From NCBI GenBank assembly GCA_022749935.1, contig JAKIWQ010000006.1, positions 3,005-67,004 of the forward strand: DNA of 64,000 nucleotides. The letters run 5' to 3'. Below are positions 34,590-43,839 of the stretch, one piece after another. A program made the translations under genes and the position numbers. A model generated the notes under the pieces. It saw nothing but the letters and a program-made list of their open reading frames with translations, had not been told where the DNA came from and searched no databases. Every line of letters begins with the position of its first letter. Within the stretch, counting starts at the first letter, position 1. This DNA comes from Thermoplasmata archaeon (GTDB lineage: Archaea > Thermoplasmatota > Thermoplasmata > Lutacidiplasmatales > UBA184).

Positions 34590-36086
34590 TCACTCCGGGT
34601 GGCGCACTCGACCGAGGCCGGCGACGAGCGCGGAAGGTAACTCCTCGATGAGGTCGCTCGCGAGCAACCCGTCCCCGCGGGTCGCCGCCACGCGGAGTCC
34701 CGCCTCCCCGACCCAGTAGGTGCCGAGCCGGGCGGCGGCCGTCGCGCCCAGGCCCTGGGCCAGGAGGCTGCCCAGCACACCGGCCAGCACGTCGCCGGCC
34801 CCACCGACGGTCATCGAGAGCGCGTGGTGTCGGTTCTCGAAGACCTCGTCGCCCTGGACGATCAGGTCGGGATCCCCCTTGACGACGAGCGTGATCCCGA
34901 GGTCCCGGCTCGCGGCTCGGGCCGCGGTCTCTCGGTCGGCGGAGTTCCCGTCCTTCGGTCCGCGGAACACTCGGACGAACTCGCCGCCGTTGGGCGTGGC
35001 GAGTACCGGAAGTCCCGGCGGTCGACCCCGGACCAGGTCCGGGAGCACCGAGAGCGCGTCGGCGTCGACGACGACCGGGTACTTGCCGACGATCGCCCGG
35101 GTCAGGTTCCGGAGGGCCTCGGTCGTCTCCGATTCCGTGCCCGCCCCCATCCCCATCACGATGGCCCGCGGCGGAGCCTGTTCGAGGAAGCGGAGCATCG
35201 GTCCCACGTCGGGCGGGGCGAACCGGTCGCGACCGAATCCCCGAACGATGAGGTTAGGGCTGAACGACTGGATCCGGTCGGACACTCCGCCGGGGGCGAG
35301 GATGGTGGCCCGCTCGGCGCCGGACCGGAGGGCCGCCATTCCGGCGAGCGCCGGAGCGCCGGCGTACGGTCCCCCGCCGATCACGATGATTCGACCGGTA
35401 CGCCCACGAGCCTCGGCGCCGTGGGCGGCTCGGAGAAAGAGGAAGTCGCCAGGGCCGGTCTCTCGCCAGGCCGCGGGTGGGATCCCGATGTCCCGTACCG
35501 TGAGCTCCCCGGACGGGGCGTTGAGGAACTCCGTCTTCTGTGCGCCCAGCGCCACCGTCCGCGTGGGGCGCAACCCCTCGGGGTCGCCCGCCCCGGTCGG
35601 CACGTCGACCGAAAGAACGGGCACCCCACTCTCGCGGAGGGCCGCGACCGCTTCCCGGTAGGGGGAGCGGAGGGGTCCGCTCTGCCCCGTTCCGAGGAGG
35701 GCGTCGACGGCGATGGGGAAAGGAGTCAGCTCCTCGGCCCGAGGTACGCCCACATGGATGGGGATCCTTCGGGCGACCCGGTCGAAGCAGCGTCGCGCGG
35801 CACTCGACCGGATCTGGGCGGGGGCCCGCACCATCCAGATCTCGGGAGCGTACCCCCACTCCGCGAGATAGTGGGCGGCGCAGGTCCCGTCCCCGCCGTT
35901 GTTCCCGGGTCCGACCACGATGGCGACCCGGGCGTGCGGAGCCCCGAGGGCGCGAACGACCTCGTCCGCAACGGCCCGCCCGGCATGTTCCATGAGCGTG
36001 TCGGTCGAGACCCCGAGCGCGAGGGCGTTCGCTTCGGCGACCGCCATCTCGACCGAGGAAAGCGAACGGCCGATGTCGGCCCCCAT
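34590..36086 (-). CDS. nnr: Bifunctional NAD(P)H-hydrate repair enzyme (epimerase + ADP-dependent dehydratase)
   Basis: N-terminal YjeF_N with VVGPGNNGGDG. C-terminal carbohydrate-kinase-like domain with GGAGDVLAG. Confidence 0.88.
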   Translation of the reverse strand: MGADIGRSLSSVEMAVAEANALALGVSTDTLMEHAGRAVADEVVRALGAPHARVAIVVGPGNNGGDGTCAAHYLAEWGYAPEIWMVRAPAQIRSSAARRCFDRVARRIPIHVGVPRAEELTPFPIAVDALLGTGQSGPLRSPYREAVAALRESGVPVLSVDVPTGAGDPEGLRPTRTVALGAQKTEFLNAPSGELTVRDIGIPPAAWRETGPGDFLFLRAAHGAEARGRTGRIIVIGGGPYAGAPALAGMAALRSGAERATILAPGGVSDRIQSFSPNLIVRGFGRDRFAPPDVGPMLRFLEQAPPRAIVMGMGAGTESETTEALRNLTRAIVGKYPVVVDADALSVLPDLVRGRPPGLPVLATPNGGEFVRVFRGPKDGNSADRETAARAASRDLGITLVVKGDPDLIVQGDEVFENRHHALSMTVGGAGDVLAGVLGSLLAQGLGATAAARLGTYWVGEAGLRVAATRGDGLLASDLIEELPSALVAGLGRVRHPE

Positions 36087-36092
36087 CGTCCC

Positions 36093-36518
36093 CTACGCGG
36101 AGGGCGTGGGCTCGGACTTCGCGTCGGCCGGACCGAACAGGTTCACGGACGGCGGGAGCAGGTTGCGTCGCGCGAGATACTGGGCTTGGGTCCGGCTGTA
36201 GCGGAAGAGGATGTCCGCCTTTCCTTCTTGGAAGCCCCAGGGGCGGAGGATGAGGAGGTCTCCTTCCCGGATCCACATCTTTTTCTTCATTTTCCCGGTG
36301 ATGCGGCCCATCCGGGGGATGCTGTCCTCGCACATCACCCGAATGCGGGCGGCGCCGAGCAGCTGATTGGCGATCCCGAAGACCTCGCCCCGGTTCCGGC
36401 GGGGGAGCGGAAGGCGACCGACGTCCTCGACGCCTTCCATGACCTCGACGACCGGGGCGGGTTCCTCCCCCTCGGGGGTCGGAGGCACTCCGTCGGGGGT
36501 GGCCGGGCTGGCGTCCAT
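36093..36518 (-). CDS. Translation initiation factor aIF-1A
   Basis: LPLPRRNRGEVFGIANQLLGAARIRVMCEDSIPRMGRITGKMKKKMWIREGDLLILRPW is the S1-like core. ATG 36518 gives 141 aa with a Pro/Glu-rich N-terminal extension; an internal ATG (MEGVEDVG) would give about 115 aa. Confidence 0.86.
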   Translation of the reverse strand: MDASPATPDGVPPTPEGEEPAPVVEVMEGVEDVGRLPLPRRNRGEVFGIANQLLGAARIRVMCEDSIPRMGRITGKMKKKMWIREGDLLILRPWGFQEGKADILFRYSRTQAQYLARRNLLPPSVNLFGPADAKSEPTPSA

Positions 36519-36549
36519 CGTCACGGCGCGCCGAGCCGACCTCAGTATT

Positions 36550-37401
36550 TCAAGTCGGCCCCAGACGCGGGAACACCTTGAGCGGATTCTCCTCCAAGAT
36601 GCGATGCTGGTCGGTGGCGGGGATGGGGAGTGCCCGGAAGGCCTCGAGATTCGCCCCGATGTCCTTGACCCCGGGGCCGGGCCAATCGGTGCCAAACAGA
36701 ACCTTCTCCGAGAGCCGCGTCAGCGTCGGGAAGTACTCGAGGAGCCGGGCGGGAGGGATTCCCGAAAGTTCGAGCCAGACGTTAGGAAAACGTCGGGTGA
36801 GGAACACGGCCGTCTCCATCCAAATCGGTCGTCCTCCGTGGGCGAGCACGATCGTGAGCTCCGGAAAGTCGACTGCCACATCCTCGATGAGCATCGGGTC
36901 GGCGAACCGATTGCGCGCGCGGGGGAACACGCTTGTACCGGTGTGGAAGATGACGGGGAGCTCGTAGCGCACACAGGCCGCGTACAGCGCCCGAAGGCCC
37001 GGTAGCTCGCCGTCGGCGTACGCGTTCGGGCTGAATCCCTGGTGGGGAGGGTGGAGCTTGATGGCCCGGAGGTGGAGTTGCTCGGCCAGACGTCCGACCT
37101 CGTGCTCCGGATCGGGATGATCGGGCCGGAGTCCTCCCACGGCGATGAGCCGTTCGGGGTTGGTGCGGACGTACTCGCTCACGAAGTCGTTCGCCTTTTC
37201 CGTGTATCCGATGACCTCGGGGGCGACGTAATTGATGAGCGCGGCTCGCTCCACTCCCGACGTATCGAGGTACTCGAGGAACGCCGCGGGGTCTTTGAGG
37301 AACTGCGACGGGGCAGACTTCGGGTAGCCGAGCAGCTGCGCCGCATCCGGTCGCATCTCCCAGATCGGGTTGATGTGCACGTGGCAGTCGGTGACGCCCA
37401 T
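36550..37401 (-). CDS. Amidohydrolase-2 family metal-dependent hydrolase (TIM barrel)
   Basis: DCHVHINP N-terminal His pair, then IKLHPPHQGF, VIFHTG, LAHGG and FGTDWP. Confidence 0.8.
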   Translation of the reverse strand: MGVTDCHVHINPIWEMRPDAAQLLGYPKSAPSQFLKDPAAFLEYLDTSGVERAALINYVAPEVIGYTEKANDFVSEYVRTNPERLIAVGGLRPDHPDPEHEVGRLAEQLHLRAIKLHPPHQGFSPNAYADGELPGLRALYAACVRYELPVIFHTGTSVFPRARNRFADPMLIEDVAVDFPELTIVLAHGGRPIWMETAVFLTRRFPNVWLELSGIPPARLLEYFPTLTRLSEKVLFGTDWPGPGVKDIGANLEAFRALPIPATDQHRILEENPLKVFPRLGPT

Positions 37402-37424
37402 CGGACGGGCGGAGCGACGTGTCC

Positions 37425-37432
37425 GATATAGA
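37425..37432 (-). promoter_or_regulatory. TATA-like box (TCTATATC on the minus strand) for the amidohydrolase gene
   Basis: Centred 27-28 nt upstream of ATG 37401. Confidence 0.45.
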
Positions 37433-37460
37433 GACGCGACCGAAACTCGTCAGGACGAGA

Positions 37461-37468
37461 GTTTATCA
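37461..37468 (+). promoter_or_regulatory. TATA-like box (GTTTATCA) for the PH-domain membrane protein gene
   Basis: Centred about 29 nt upstream of ATG 37494. A 6-bp hairpin CTCGTC-agg-GACGAG (37446-37460) lies between the two divergent boxes. Confidence 0.4.
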
Positions 37469-37493
37469 GGCCGCCACGTCGTGGGCCGGTTCG

Positions 37494-38150
37494 ATGGCAT
37501 CACCGGTCGCAACCCGCATCATGCCGAAGCATCTCAAAGCGACGTACCTCGCCGACCGGGAGTACCTGCTCGAGGAGACCCGGGCGACCAAGTTGTACTA
37601 CTTTCCCGGGCCCGTGCTCTGGACCTTGTTGTGGGGAATCCTCACGTTCTTCTCGGCCGAGGCGGCCTACAACCTCCCCGGTGCCGGCACCCTTCCCCAG
37701 TACGCGAGCCTGATGAACTGGACCCACAACCAGACCACCGCGATGTGGGTCACCGTGTTCTATCTCTTTCTCTTCGTGATCGGGCTCCTTTGGCTATTGG
37801 TGCGGTACCTTCGTTGGATCTCGACCGTCTACGCCGTCACCTCCCGACGCGTCATCGTGCAGAAGGGGATTCTTGGCCGCGATTTCGACGAGATCCCGGT
37901 CACGCAGGTCCGCGGCGTGGACGTCCATCAGTCGGTCGGCCAGCGAATCCTCGGGTACGGCTCGGTCCGGGTGAGTTCGGAAGGAGGGACCCGATTGGGG
38001 AACGAGGACTGGAAAGGGATTCCGAAACCGTTCCGCTTCCAGAAGTACATCGAAGACGCGACCCAGAACCGCGACACTCCGTATCCCACCCCCGCCACTT
38101 CGGGACCGGCCTCCGGTCCTGCGATGGGAACCCAACCCCCCACGCACTGA
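37494..38150 (+). CDS. Membrane protein with bacterial-type PH domain (bPH_2 / YdbS-YdbT-like)
   Basis: Two TM helices, then VYAVTSRRVIVQKGILGRDFDEIPVTQVRGVDVHQSVGQRILGYGSVRV. Start uncertain: 37419, 37494 or a later ATG. Confidence 0.7.
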   Translation: MASPVATRIMPKHLKATYLADREYLLEETRATKLYYFPGPVLWTLLWGILTFFSAEAAYNLPGAGTLPQYASLMNWTHNQTTAMWVTVFYLFLFVIGLLWLLVRYLRWISTVYAVTSRRVIVQKGILGRDFDEIPVTQVRGVDVHQSVGQRILGYGSVRVSSEGGTRLGNEDWKGIPKPFRFQKYIEDATQNRDTPYPTPATSGPASGPAMGTQPPTH

Positions 38151-38287
38151 TCAGCCACCAGGCTCCGGAAACGAAGTCCGGCCTCCCCGGTCGGCGCAGG
38201 TTGAGGGATCGTCGCGGACCATCTCTCTAGTCCTGTGGAGGGCATCCCCGATCCGGGGTATGTCGGGTGGCGATTCCCGTGGGCGAC

Positions 38288-41200
38288 CTACCGCCCTCCG
38301 CCAGGGTTGTCGGAGGGAGAGACTCCGCCCTCGCCGAAGATCTGGTCGGGTTCCGAGTCGGTCGGACCTAGCGCCTCCTCAGCCGGTTCGATTTCGGGCT
38401 TGCCCGGACCGCGGCGCCGAGAGAGGATGAGGCCGACGATCACGGCCACCGCGATAACGGCGAGTCCTGCCAAGGCGTACGCCTCGAGCGTGAACCCCGT
38501 GAAGGGCGGCCCTTGCTGGGGTGCGGGGGTCCCACCATTGGGATCGTAGGTGACGAGGATCGTGACGGGCGCCCCGGCGATGTCAACATTCCCCGAGGCC
38601 GGGGTGACGAACCCGATGACGGCGGCCAGAGAGTAAGAGTAGCTCCCGTTCTCGAGCTTGACACCGAAGCCGACGCCTGCGGCCAGGGTGTGGGTACTCC
38701 CGTTGATGGTGAACCCCCAGGATGCACCCGTGGGAAGTCCGGACTCCTCGAAGGTGACGACGAACGTCGCATGTTGACTCGGACCGGTCGAGTTCGGAGC
38801 GAACGTCACCTGGATCGACCGAGGAGCCCCGGCGATCACCAGGGTGCCGGTGGGCTGAGCCAGCGAGTATCCGGAGACGTTGGTGACCGAGTACCGGTAG
38901 GAACCGTCCCCCTCCGCGGTCGTGAGGTTGGTCGTCCTCCCGGAGAGGAGCGTTCCACCGATCGCGACGGACCAGCCCGTGCCGACCGCGAGACCGGATT
39001 CGGTAAAGGTTAGGCCATACAATCTGGTGTAGGCGAGGACGACCGAGGCGGGCGAGCCGGCCACGACAACCGTCCCATTTCCTGGGCTGGCGACGTAGGC
39101 CCCGGCCGCCGGGGCGGTCCAGGACCAGCTTCCATTCCCGAGGTAGATGAGAAGGGACGACGAATAGGAAGTGTGGTTGGAGCCCGCGACGTTTAGGGTC
39201 CACCCATTGCCGAGCGGAATCCCGTTCTCTTGGAACGTGACGGGAAAGGTCTTGGAGAAGACAATCGAGGTCGTGACGTCCGACCCACTCACGCTCACGG
39301 TCCCCGAAGGGGGGGCGGCCCCGAAACCGGGGAGCGGGTTGACGACGAAGCCGTAGGATCCGTTAGGCTCCTGGGCCGCCAACGTCGAGGTCGAGGACGT
39401 GAGGTTCAGCCCTGCGACCGTCACCCCCCAAGGTGTCGAGCCGGGCAGCCCGGTCTCGTCGAATGTCGCCGTGTAAACTCGGTAGAAATTGATCGGCTGG
39501 CTGGTATCGAGCCCCGCGACCACGAGGGTGCCCGAGGGCGGCGACGCCCCGAGGCCGGGCGGTGGGCCGATGGAAAAGCCGTAGGTTCCGTTGGGAACGA
39601 TGAACTTTGCGAATGAGGTCGCCGTAGTGACCGTCTGACCATCGAGCGAGACGTTCCACGTGGTTCCGCTCGCGAGGCCCTCGGCGATAAACGTCACGTT
39701 GAACAACTGGGTCACCCAGAGGAAGGCCCGGAGCTGGCGCTCTACACCGACCGAGTCGTGGACCGTGAGTCCGATCCCCCATCGCCCGGTGGCCGTGGGG
39801 CTACACGCGAACGAGGAGAGATTCGCGGGGATGCATCCGGCGGGGAGGCCGGAGTACGAGTATGTGAGCGGACCGGTCCCCCCAGTGACATTTGCGTACA
39901 GGGTAATGGGTGAGCCGCGGGCCACGACGGAGGGCTGGATAGTGAACGACGCGTTCGCCAGAAGGGACCGCGGGTGGGCCGCGAGTTCATAGAGCGTTCC
40001 ATCGGTCCAGTCCCCGACCAACAGGTCCTGGTTCACGCCGAGGGCCACGGCATTCGTGTAGATCCCTACGGAGATTGTGGTTCCGGTACCATTCGACAGG
40101 TTGAGCGCCGTGACGTTTCCCGCGTTGTCGGCCACGTACAGGTAGGAGCCGTTCGGGTCGGCGACGAGCGCACCGGCGTAGGGGCGGGCCGGGAGCGAGC
40201 CGTTGGCGGTGTCTGTCACTGGATCGATGATCGTGACGTTGGAGTTGAATGTGTTCGATGCGTAGACCCGGTCGTTGAACGAGTCCCAGGCGATGTACCC
40301 CGGGCCCGGGGTCGGGATCGAGGCGATCGACCGATTCGTGGCGGTGTCGATTACCGTCACGTTCGTAAACGAATTGGCCACGAACAGCCGGTGGTCCGTC
40401 GGGTCAAACGCGAGACCCCCAGCGGTGCCTCCGATCGGAATCGTGGCGTTGTTCGCAAAGTTCAGCGGGTCCACCGCCCGGAGGTCGCCGTTGGTCGTGG
40501 GGTAGTAGACCACGCCCGTCGCCGGGTCAACGCCGACGGTCTCTGGGACGGCCCCCGTGTCGTTCAAAACCCCGACCACCGCAGCCGTGGTGGCGTTCAG
40601 GAACTCTACGCGAGCAACCGGCGCGAAGGCCCCATCCGTGACTACGATGAGCTCCTTCGTGAGCGGGTCGTAGGCCAACGCGTTCGGCGCACCGTTGAGG
40701 TAGGTCGTAGCCGCGGCACTGAAGTTCGATGGGTCGACGAACACGAGTCGAGAATTCCGCCAATCTGCCACTACGTACTGATGCCTCAGCGGGTCGTAGA
40801 CGATGGCGGTGACCTTTCCCTCGGTAAAAGTGTGGCTGAACTCGGTAAGGTGGACGGGGTCGAGGCCGACGATCTGATCACCTTCCCCGAGCGAGAGGTA
40901 GATCGAGGACAGTTCGGGGACGACGGTCAGCGACCACGGGGCCCAGACGACCGCCGGGTACTCGTGGTCATCCGCGATGGGCACGGGACGGGTCACGGAC
41001 AGGTTGTAAGGGTCCACCGCCCAAACGGCCTCGCTATTGTAGTCACCCACGAACAGTTGGTTGGTTCCAGTGTCGTAGACCACTCCAGAGTTGCCCAGCC
41101 CGAGCGGAGCCGCCGAAGCCCAGGCATTCGACGCGGTCGAAACCGCTATGATGCACCCTCCGGAACCGTAACTGGATTCCACCATGTAGATCTCACCGTT

Positions 41201-42130
41201 CGCGGGATCGAGGGTGATCCCCTCCGGGTAAACGAAGGCTGGGCAGGGGGCGCTGGCCAAGGAGATCGTCGCGAGGATCGCGCCGGATAACCCGTCCAGC
41301 ACGGCGATTCGTCCCGCCGCGTGGTCAGCAATGTACAGTCGACCAGTACCGGAATCGTAGACCACGCCGGAGGGCAGGAAACCCAACGTGTAGTTTTGGA
41401 CGAAGGAGAACCTCGTGAGGTTCACGGCTATGAGGGTCGAATTCTGAATCCCTGAAACCAGGAGGTCGCCGGACAGAGGATCCCATGTCAACGTGTCGGG
41501 TCCCAGGGAGATCGAGTTGTTGAATCGTACATCGATGGACGCTACAATCAATCCAGTAACGGGGGACACAGCCTCCAAGGTTCCGTTGCCCACCAATCCG
41601 TAGAGAAGCCCGGTCGTCGCCACGAAGACCGGACCCGCGCCGTACTCGAAGGATGACCCCAACTGACCGACGATCCGGGAGGTGCTCGGGTTGTAGACCA
41701 GGACGCCTGGGGACGCATCGACGTAGAGCAAGCCGTTCCGGGGGTCATAGGCGCTCGACCCGAGGTTGAAGCTATACTGGTGCGGTGACACGTTTCCCCG
41801 AACGAGGTTTCCATCGGTGAGCGCCAAAGAGTAGGCGACGCTTAGGTTCGTTCCCAACCCCGTTGCGAGAGGCGGCCCCGAGGGCGGTAGGGTACCGCTC
41901 ACCTCCGGTGCGTAGTTCGAACCCTCGGGTGAACCGTCGGCGGTCGCGACGAGCCCGAAGACGCTCGGTGGCGGGACGACCATCAGTGCGGCCACGAGCA
42001 CGACTACCGAGAGGGCCGTTTCGCCTCTTCGAAGCGTCGACGCAAACGGTCGGTACGGTGGCCCGCCGAGCCGTGTCGGGGGACCCGTCTGAGCCCACGA
42101 AACCGAGGGAGCCGTCGCGCGCCGGACCAT
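38288..42130 (-). CDS. Large cell-surface glycoprotein: YVTN-type beta-propeller repeats + PKD-like domain + five thermopsin-like modules + C-terminal TM anchor
   Basis: N-terminal signal/anchor ALSVVVLVAALMVVPPPSVFG. Many repeats of the type GVVYDSGTGRLYIADHAAGRIAVLD. PKD-like segment NVTGGTGPLTYSYSGLPAGC. Five FxVTFxExGLPxGxxW modules. Anchor ALAGLAVIAVAVIVGLILSRRRG (38420-38476). About 36 N-x-S/T sequons by my count. ATG 42130 preferred over GTG 42154 because of TATA spacing. Confidence 0.8.
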   Translation of the reverse strand: MVRRATAPSVSWAQTGPPTRLGGPPYRPFASTLRRGETALSVVVLVAALMVVPPPSVFGLVATADGSPEGSNYAPEVSGTLPPSGPPLATGLGTNLSVAYSLALTDGNLVRGNVSPHQYSFNLGSSAYDPRNGLLYVDASPGVLVYNPSTSRIVGQLGSSFEYGAGPVFVATTGLLYGLVGNGTLEAVSPVTGLIVASIDVRFNNSISLGPDTLTWDPLSGDLLVSGIQNSTLIAVNLTRFSFVQNYTLGFLPSGVVYDSGTGRLYIADHAAGRIAVLDGLSGAILATISLASAPCPAFVYPEGITLDPANGEIYMVESSYGSGGCIIAVSTASNAWASAAPLGLGNSGVVYDTGTNQLFVGDYNSEAVWAVDPYNLSVTRPVPIADDHEYPAVVWAPWSLTVVPELSSIYLSLGEGDQIVGLDPVHLTEFSHTFTEGKVTAIVYDPLRHQYVVADWRNSRLVFVDPSNFSAAATTYLNGAPNALAYDPLTKELIVVTDGAFAPVARVEFLNATTAAVVGVLNDTGAVPETVGVDPATGVVYYPTTNGDLRAVDPLNFANNATIPIGGTAGGLAFDPTDHRLFVANSFTNVTVIDTATNRSIASIPTPGPGYIAWDSFNDRVYASNTFNSNVTIIDPVTDTANGSLPARPYAGALVADPNGSYLYVADNAGNVTALNLSNGTGTTISVGIYTNAVALGVNQDLLVGDWTDGTLYELAAHPRSLLANASFTIQPSVVARGSPITLYANVTGGTGPLTYSYSGLPAGCIPANLSSFACSPTATGRWGIGLTVHDSVGVERQLRAFLWVTQLFNVTFIAEGLASGTTWNVSLDGQTVTTATSFAKFIVPNGTYGFSIGPPPGLGASPPSGTLVVAGLDTSQPINFYRVYTATFDETGLPGSTPWGVTVAGLNLTSSTSTLAAQEPNGSYGFVVNPLPGFGAAPPSGTVSVSGSDVTTSIVFSKTFPVTFQENGIPLGNGWTLNVAGSNHTSYSSSLLIYLGNGSWSWTAPAAGAYVASPGNGTVVVAGSPASVVLAYTRLYGLTFTESGLAVGTGWSVAIGGTLLSGRTTNLTTAEGDGSYRYSVTNVSGYSLAQPTGTLVIAGAPRSIQVTFAPNSTGPSQHATFVVTFEESGLPTGASWGFTINGSTHTLAAGVGFGVKLENGSYSYSLAAVIGFVTPASGNVDIAGAPVTILVTYDPNGGTPAPQQGPPFTGFTLEAYALAGLAVIAVAVIVGLILSRRRGPGKPEIEPAEEALGPTDSEPDQIFGEGGVSPSDNPGGGR
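38537..39703 (-). repeat. Five tandem protein modules of 76-85 aa (FNVTFIAEGL..., YTATFDETGL..., FPVTFQENGI..., YGLTFTESGL..., FVVTFEESGL...) within the surface protein
   Basis: Periodicity read from the translation; the first F codon was verified at 39703-39701. The modules are diverged at the DNA level (no long exact DNA repeats seen). Confidence 0.8.
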
Positions 42131-42155
42131 CGTGGTGCGAGCGAACTGTCCCACC

Positions 42156-42163
42156 TATCATAA
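42156..42163 (-). promoter_or_regulatory. TATA-like box (TTATGATA on the minus strand) of the surface protein gene
   Basis: Centred about 30 nt upstream of ATG 42130. Confidence 0.45.
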
Positions 42164-42517
42164 CGTCTCATGGTACCGGCCCTACGGCCCGCTGTCCGAG
42201 GCCTCCCAACCCCCCGCCCGAGGTGAGACACTTCTGGGGCAAGATTCCGGCGAGTGGAGAGGGGCGAGGAGACGGAGGAGGCCCCGGGGTTCGTCCCACC
42301 AGCCGGCCCGGCGGCGTTTCGACCGTCGACGCCGCCTCGGAGGTACGCAAGGAAATTATCCCGAAGCGGGACCGCTCAGTCATCGACACGACCGTTCACC
42401 TTCGGCGGAGGGGGGCGGGAGGGTTCCGCATCGGCATGCTTGGGGGAAAGGACGAATCGAGGCTTCGGGCCGGCCCGAGCAGAGTTAAGCCGCTTCCCGG
42501 TCTCGCGACCCGGCTCC

Positions 42518-43819
42518 ATGGCGGACGACTTCGACGCGATCGTCGTGGGAGCCGGTTTCGCCGGTTCGTCGGCCGCGATTCGCCTGGCCCAAGGAGGGGC
42601 GAATGTCCTACTCCTCGAACGTGGGGCGGAGGCCGGTGTGAAGAATCTGTCCGGAGGGATTCTGTGGGGTCACGACCTCGATCGGATCCTCCCCGGATGG
42701 TGGCACGAGATGCCGGTCGAACGACATATCGTCCGAAAACGGTTCGGCTTCCTCACTTCCGACAGTGCCGTCTCGTTCGATTTCGACGACGCCACGTGGC
42801 GGCGGGAACCGTACGTCGCCCACTCCGTGCTCCGGGTCCGTACCGACGCGTGGATGGCGAAGAAGGCCGAGGACGCCGGGGCGACGGTCGTGACCAGCGT
42901 GCCGGTGGAACGATTGAACTGGGAGGGAACCCGAGTCCACGGGATCGTCCAGGGCGGGGAGACGATGACCGCTCCGGTGACCATCCTCGCGGACGGGGCG
43001 AACTCCCGCCTTGCCCTGGGGACGCCGATCCGACCCAACCCGCGGCTCCGTGGGGAGGCGACCGAGCTCGGGATCAAGGAGGTCTACCGGTTGGACGCCC
43101 GCCGGATCGAGGAAAGGTTCCAGCTCGGACCCGGCGAAGGGCACGCGGAGGAGTGGGTGGCCGGCCAGTTCGCCCCCGGCGTGATGGGCGGGGGCTTCCT
43201 CTACACCAACGCGGACACGATTTCGGTCGGGCTCATCCTCAACCTCCAATCGCTCTTCGGTCGGGGCGTCTATTCTCAGGAGCTTATCGAACAGTTTCGA
43301 CTCCACCCCACGATCGCGGCCCGGCTCCGGGACGCAGAGTTGGTCGAGTATGGTGCGAAACTCATCAGCTCGGGGTGGGCCAGTCGGCCGAGCGCATTTC
43401 ACGGCGACGGGTGGATGGTTGTTGGGGACGCAGCGGGATTTGTCTTCTCGAACGGGATCGTGATTCAGGGAATGAACTACGCCATTCGAACGGGGCTCGA
43501 AGCGGCCGAGGTCGCCCTGGCCTCGAAAAAGGTCGGCGACCACTCGGCCACGCGTCTGGCGGAGTATGACCGACGGCTCGAGTCGTCCGGCGTTCTCTCG
43601 GACTTCCGCGACTTCGAGAAGATGGACCGGGTCAAGTGGAACCCCCGGTTCTACACCGCGTACCCACGCTTTGCGACCGAACTCTTCCATGCGTTGATGA
43701 CGGAAACCGGGGCCCGGAAGCAGCCGATCCGCCGATTGCTCCGAACGGCCCAGAAGGCGGCGGGTCTCGGTTCGACAACGCTCCTCAAGGACGGCGTCGG
43801 GATGTTCCGGGACCTCTGA
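42518..43819 (+). CDS. fixC: Electron-transfer-flavoprotein:quinone oxidoreductase FixC-type flavoprotein
   Basis: FDAIVVGAGFAGSSAAIRLAQGGANVLLLERG, then NLSGG and VVGDAAGFV. 433 aa from ATG 42518; the track ORF starts at 42254. Confidence 0.88.
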   Translation: MADDFDAIVVGAGFAGSSAAIRLAQGGANVLLLERGAEAGVKNLSGGILWGHDLDRILPGWWHEMPVERHIVRKRFGFLTSDSAVSFDFDDATWRREPYVAHSVLRVRTDAWMAKKAEDAGATVVTSVPVERLNWEGTRVHGIVQGGETMTAPVTILADGANSRLALGTPIRPNPRLRGEATELGIKEVYRLDARRIEERFQLGPGEGHAEEWVAGQFAPGVMGGGFLYTNADTISVGLILNLQSLFGRGVYSQELIEQFRLHPTIAARLRDAELVEYGAKLISSGWASRPSAFHGDGWMVVGDAAGFVFSNGIVIQGMNYAIRTGLEAAEVALASKKVGDHSATRLAEYDRRLESSGVLSDFRDFEKMDRVKWNPRFYTAYPRFATELFHALMTETGARKQPIRRLLRTAQKAAGLGSTTLLKDGVGMFRDL

Positions 43820-43839
43820 AGGGAGTACCCGGACCCCCC

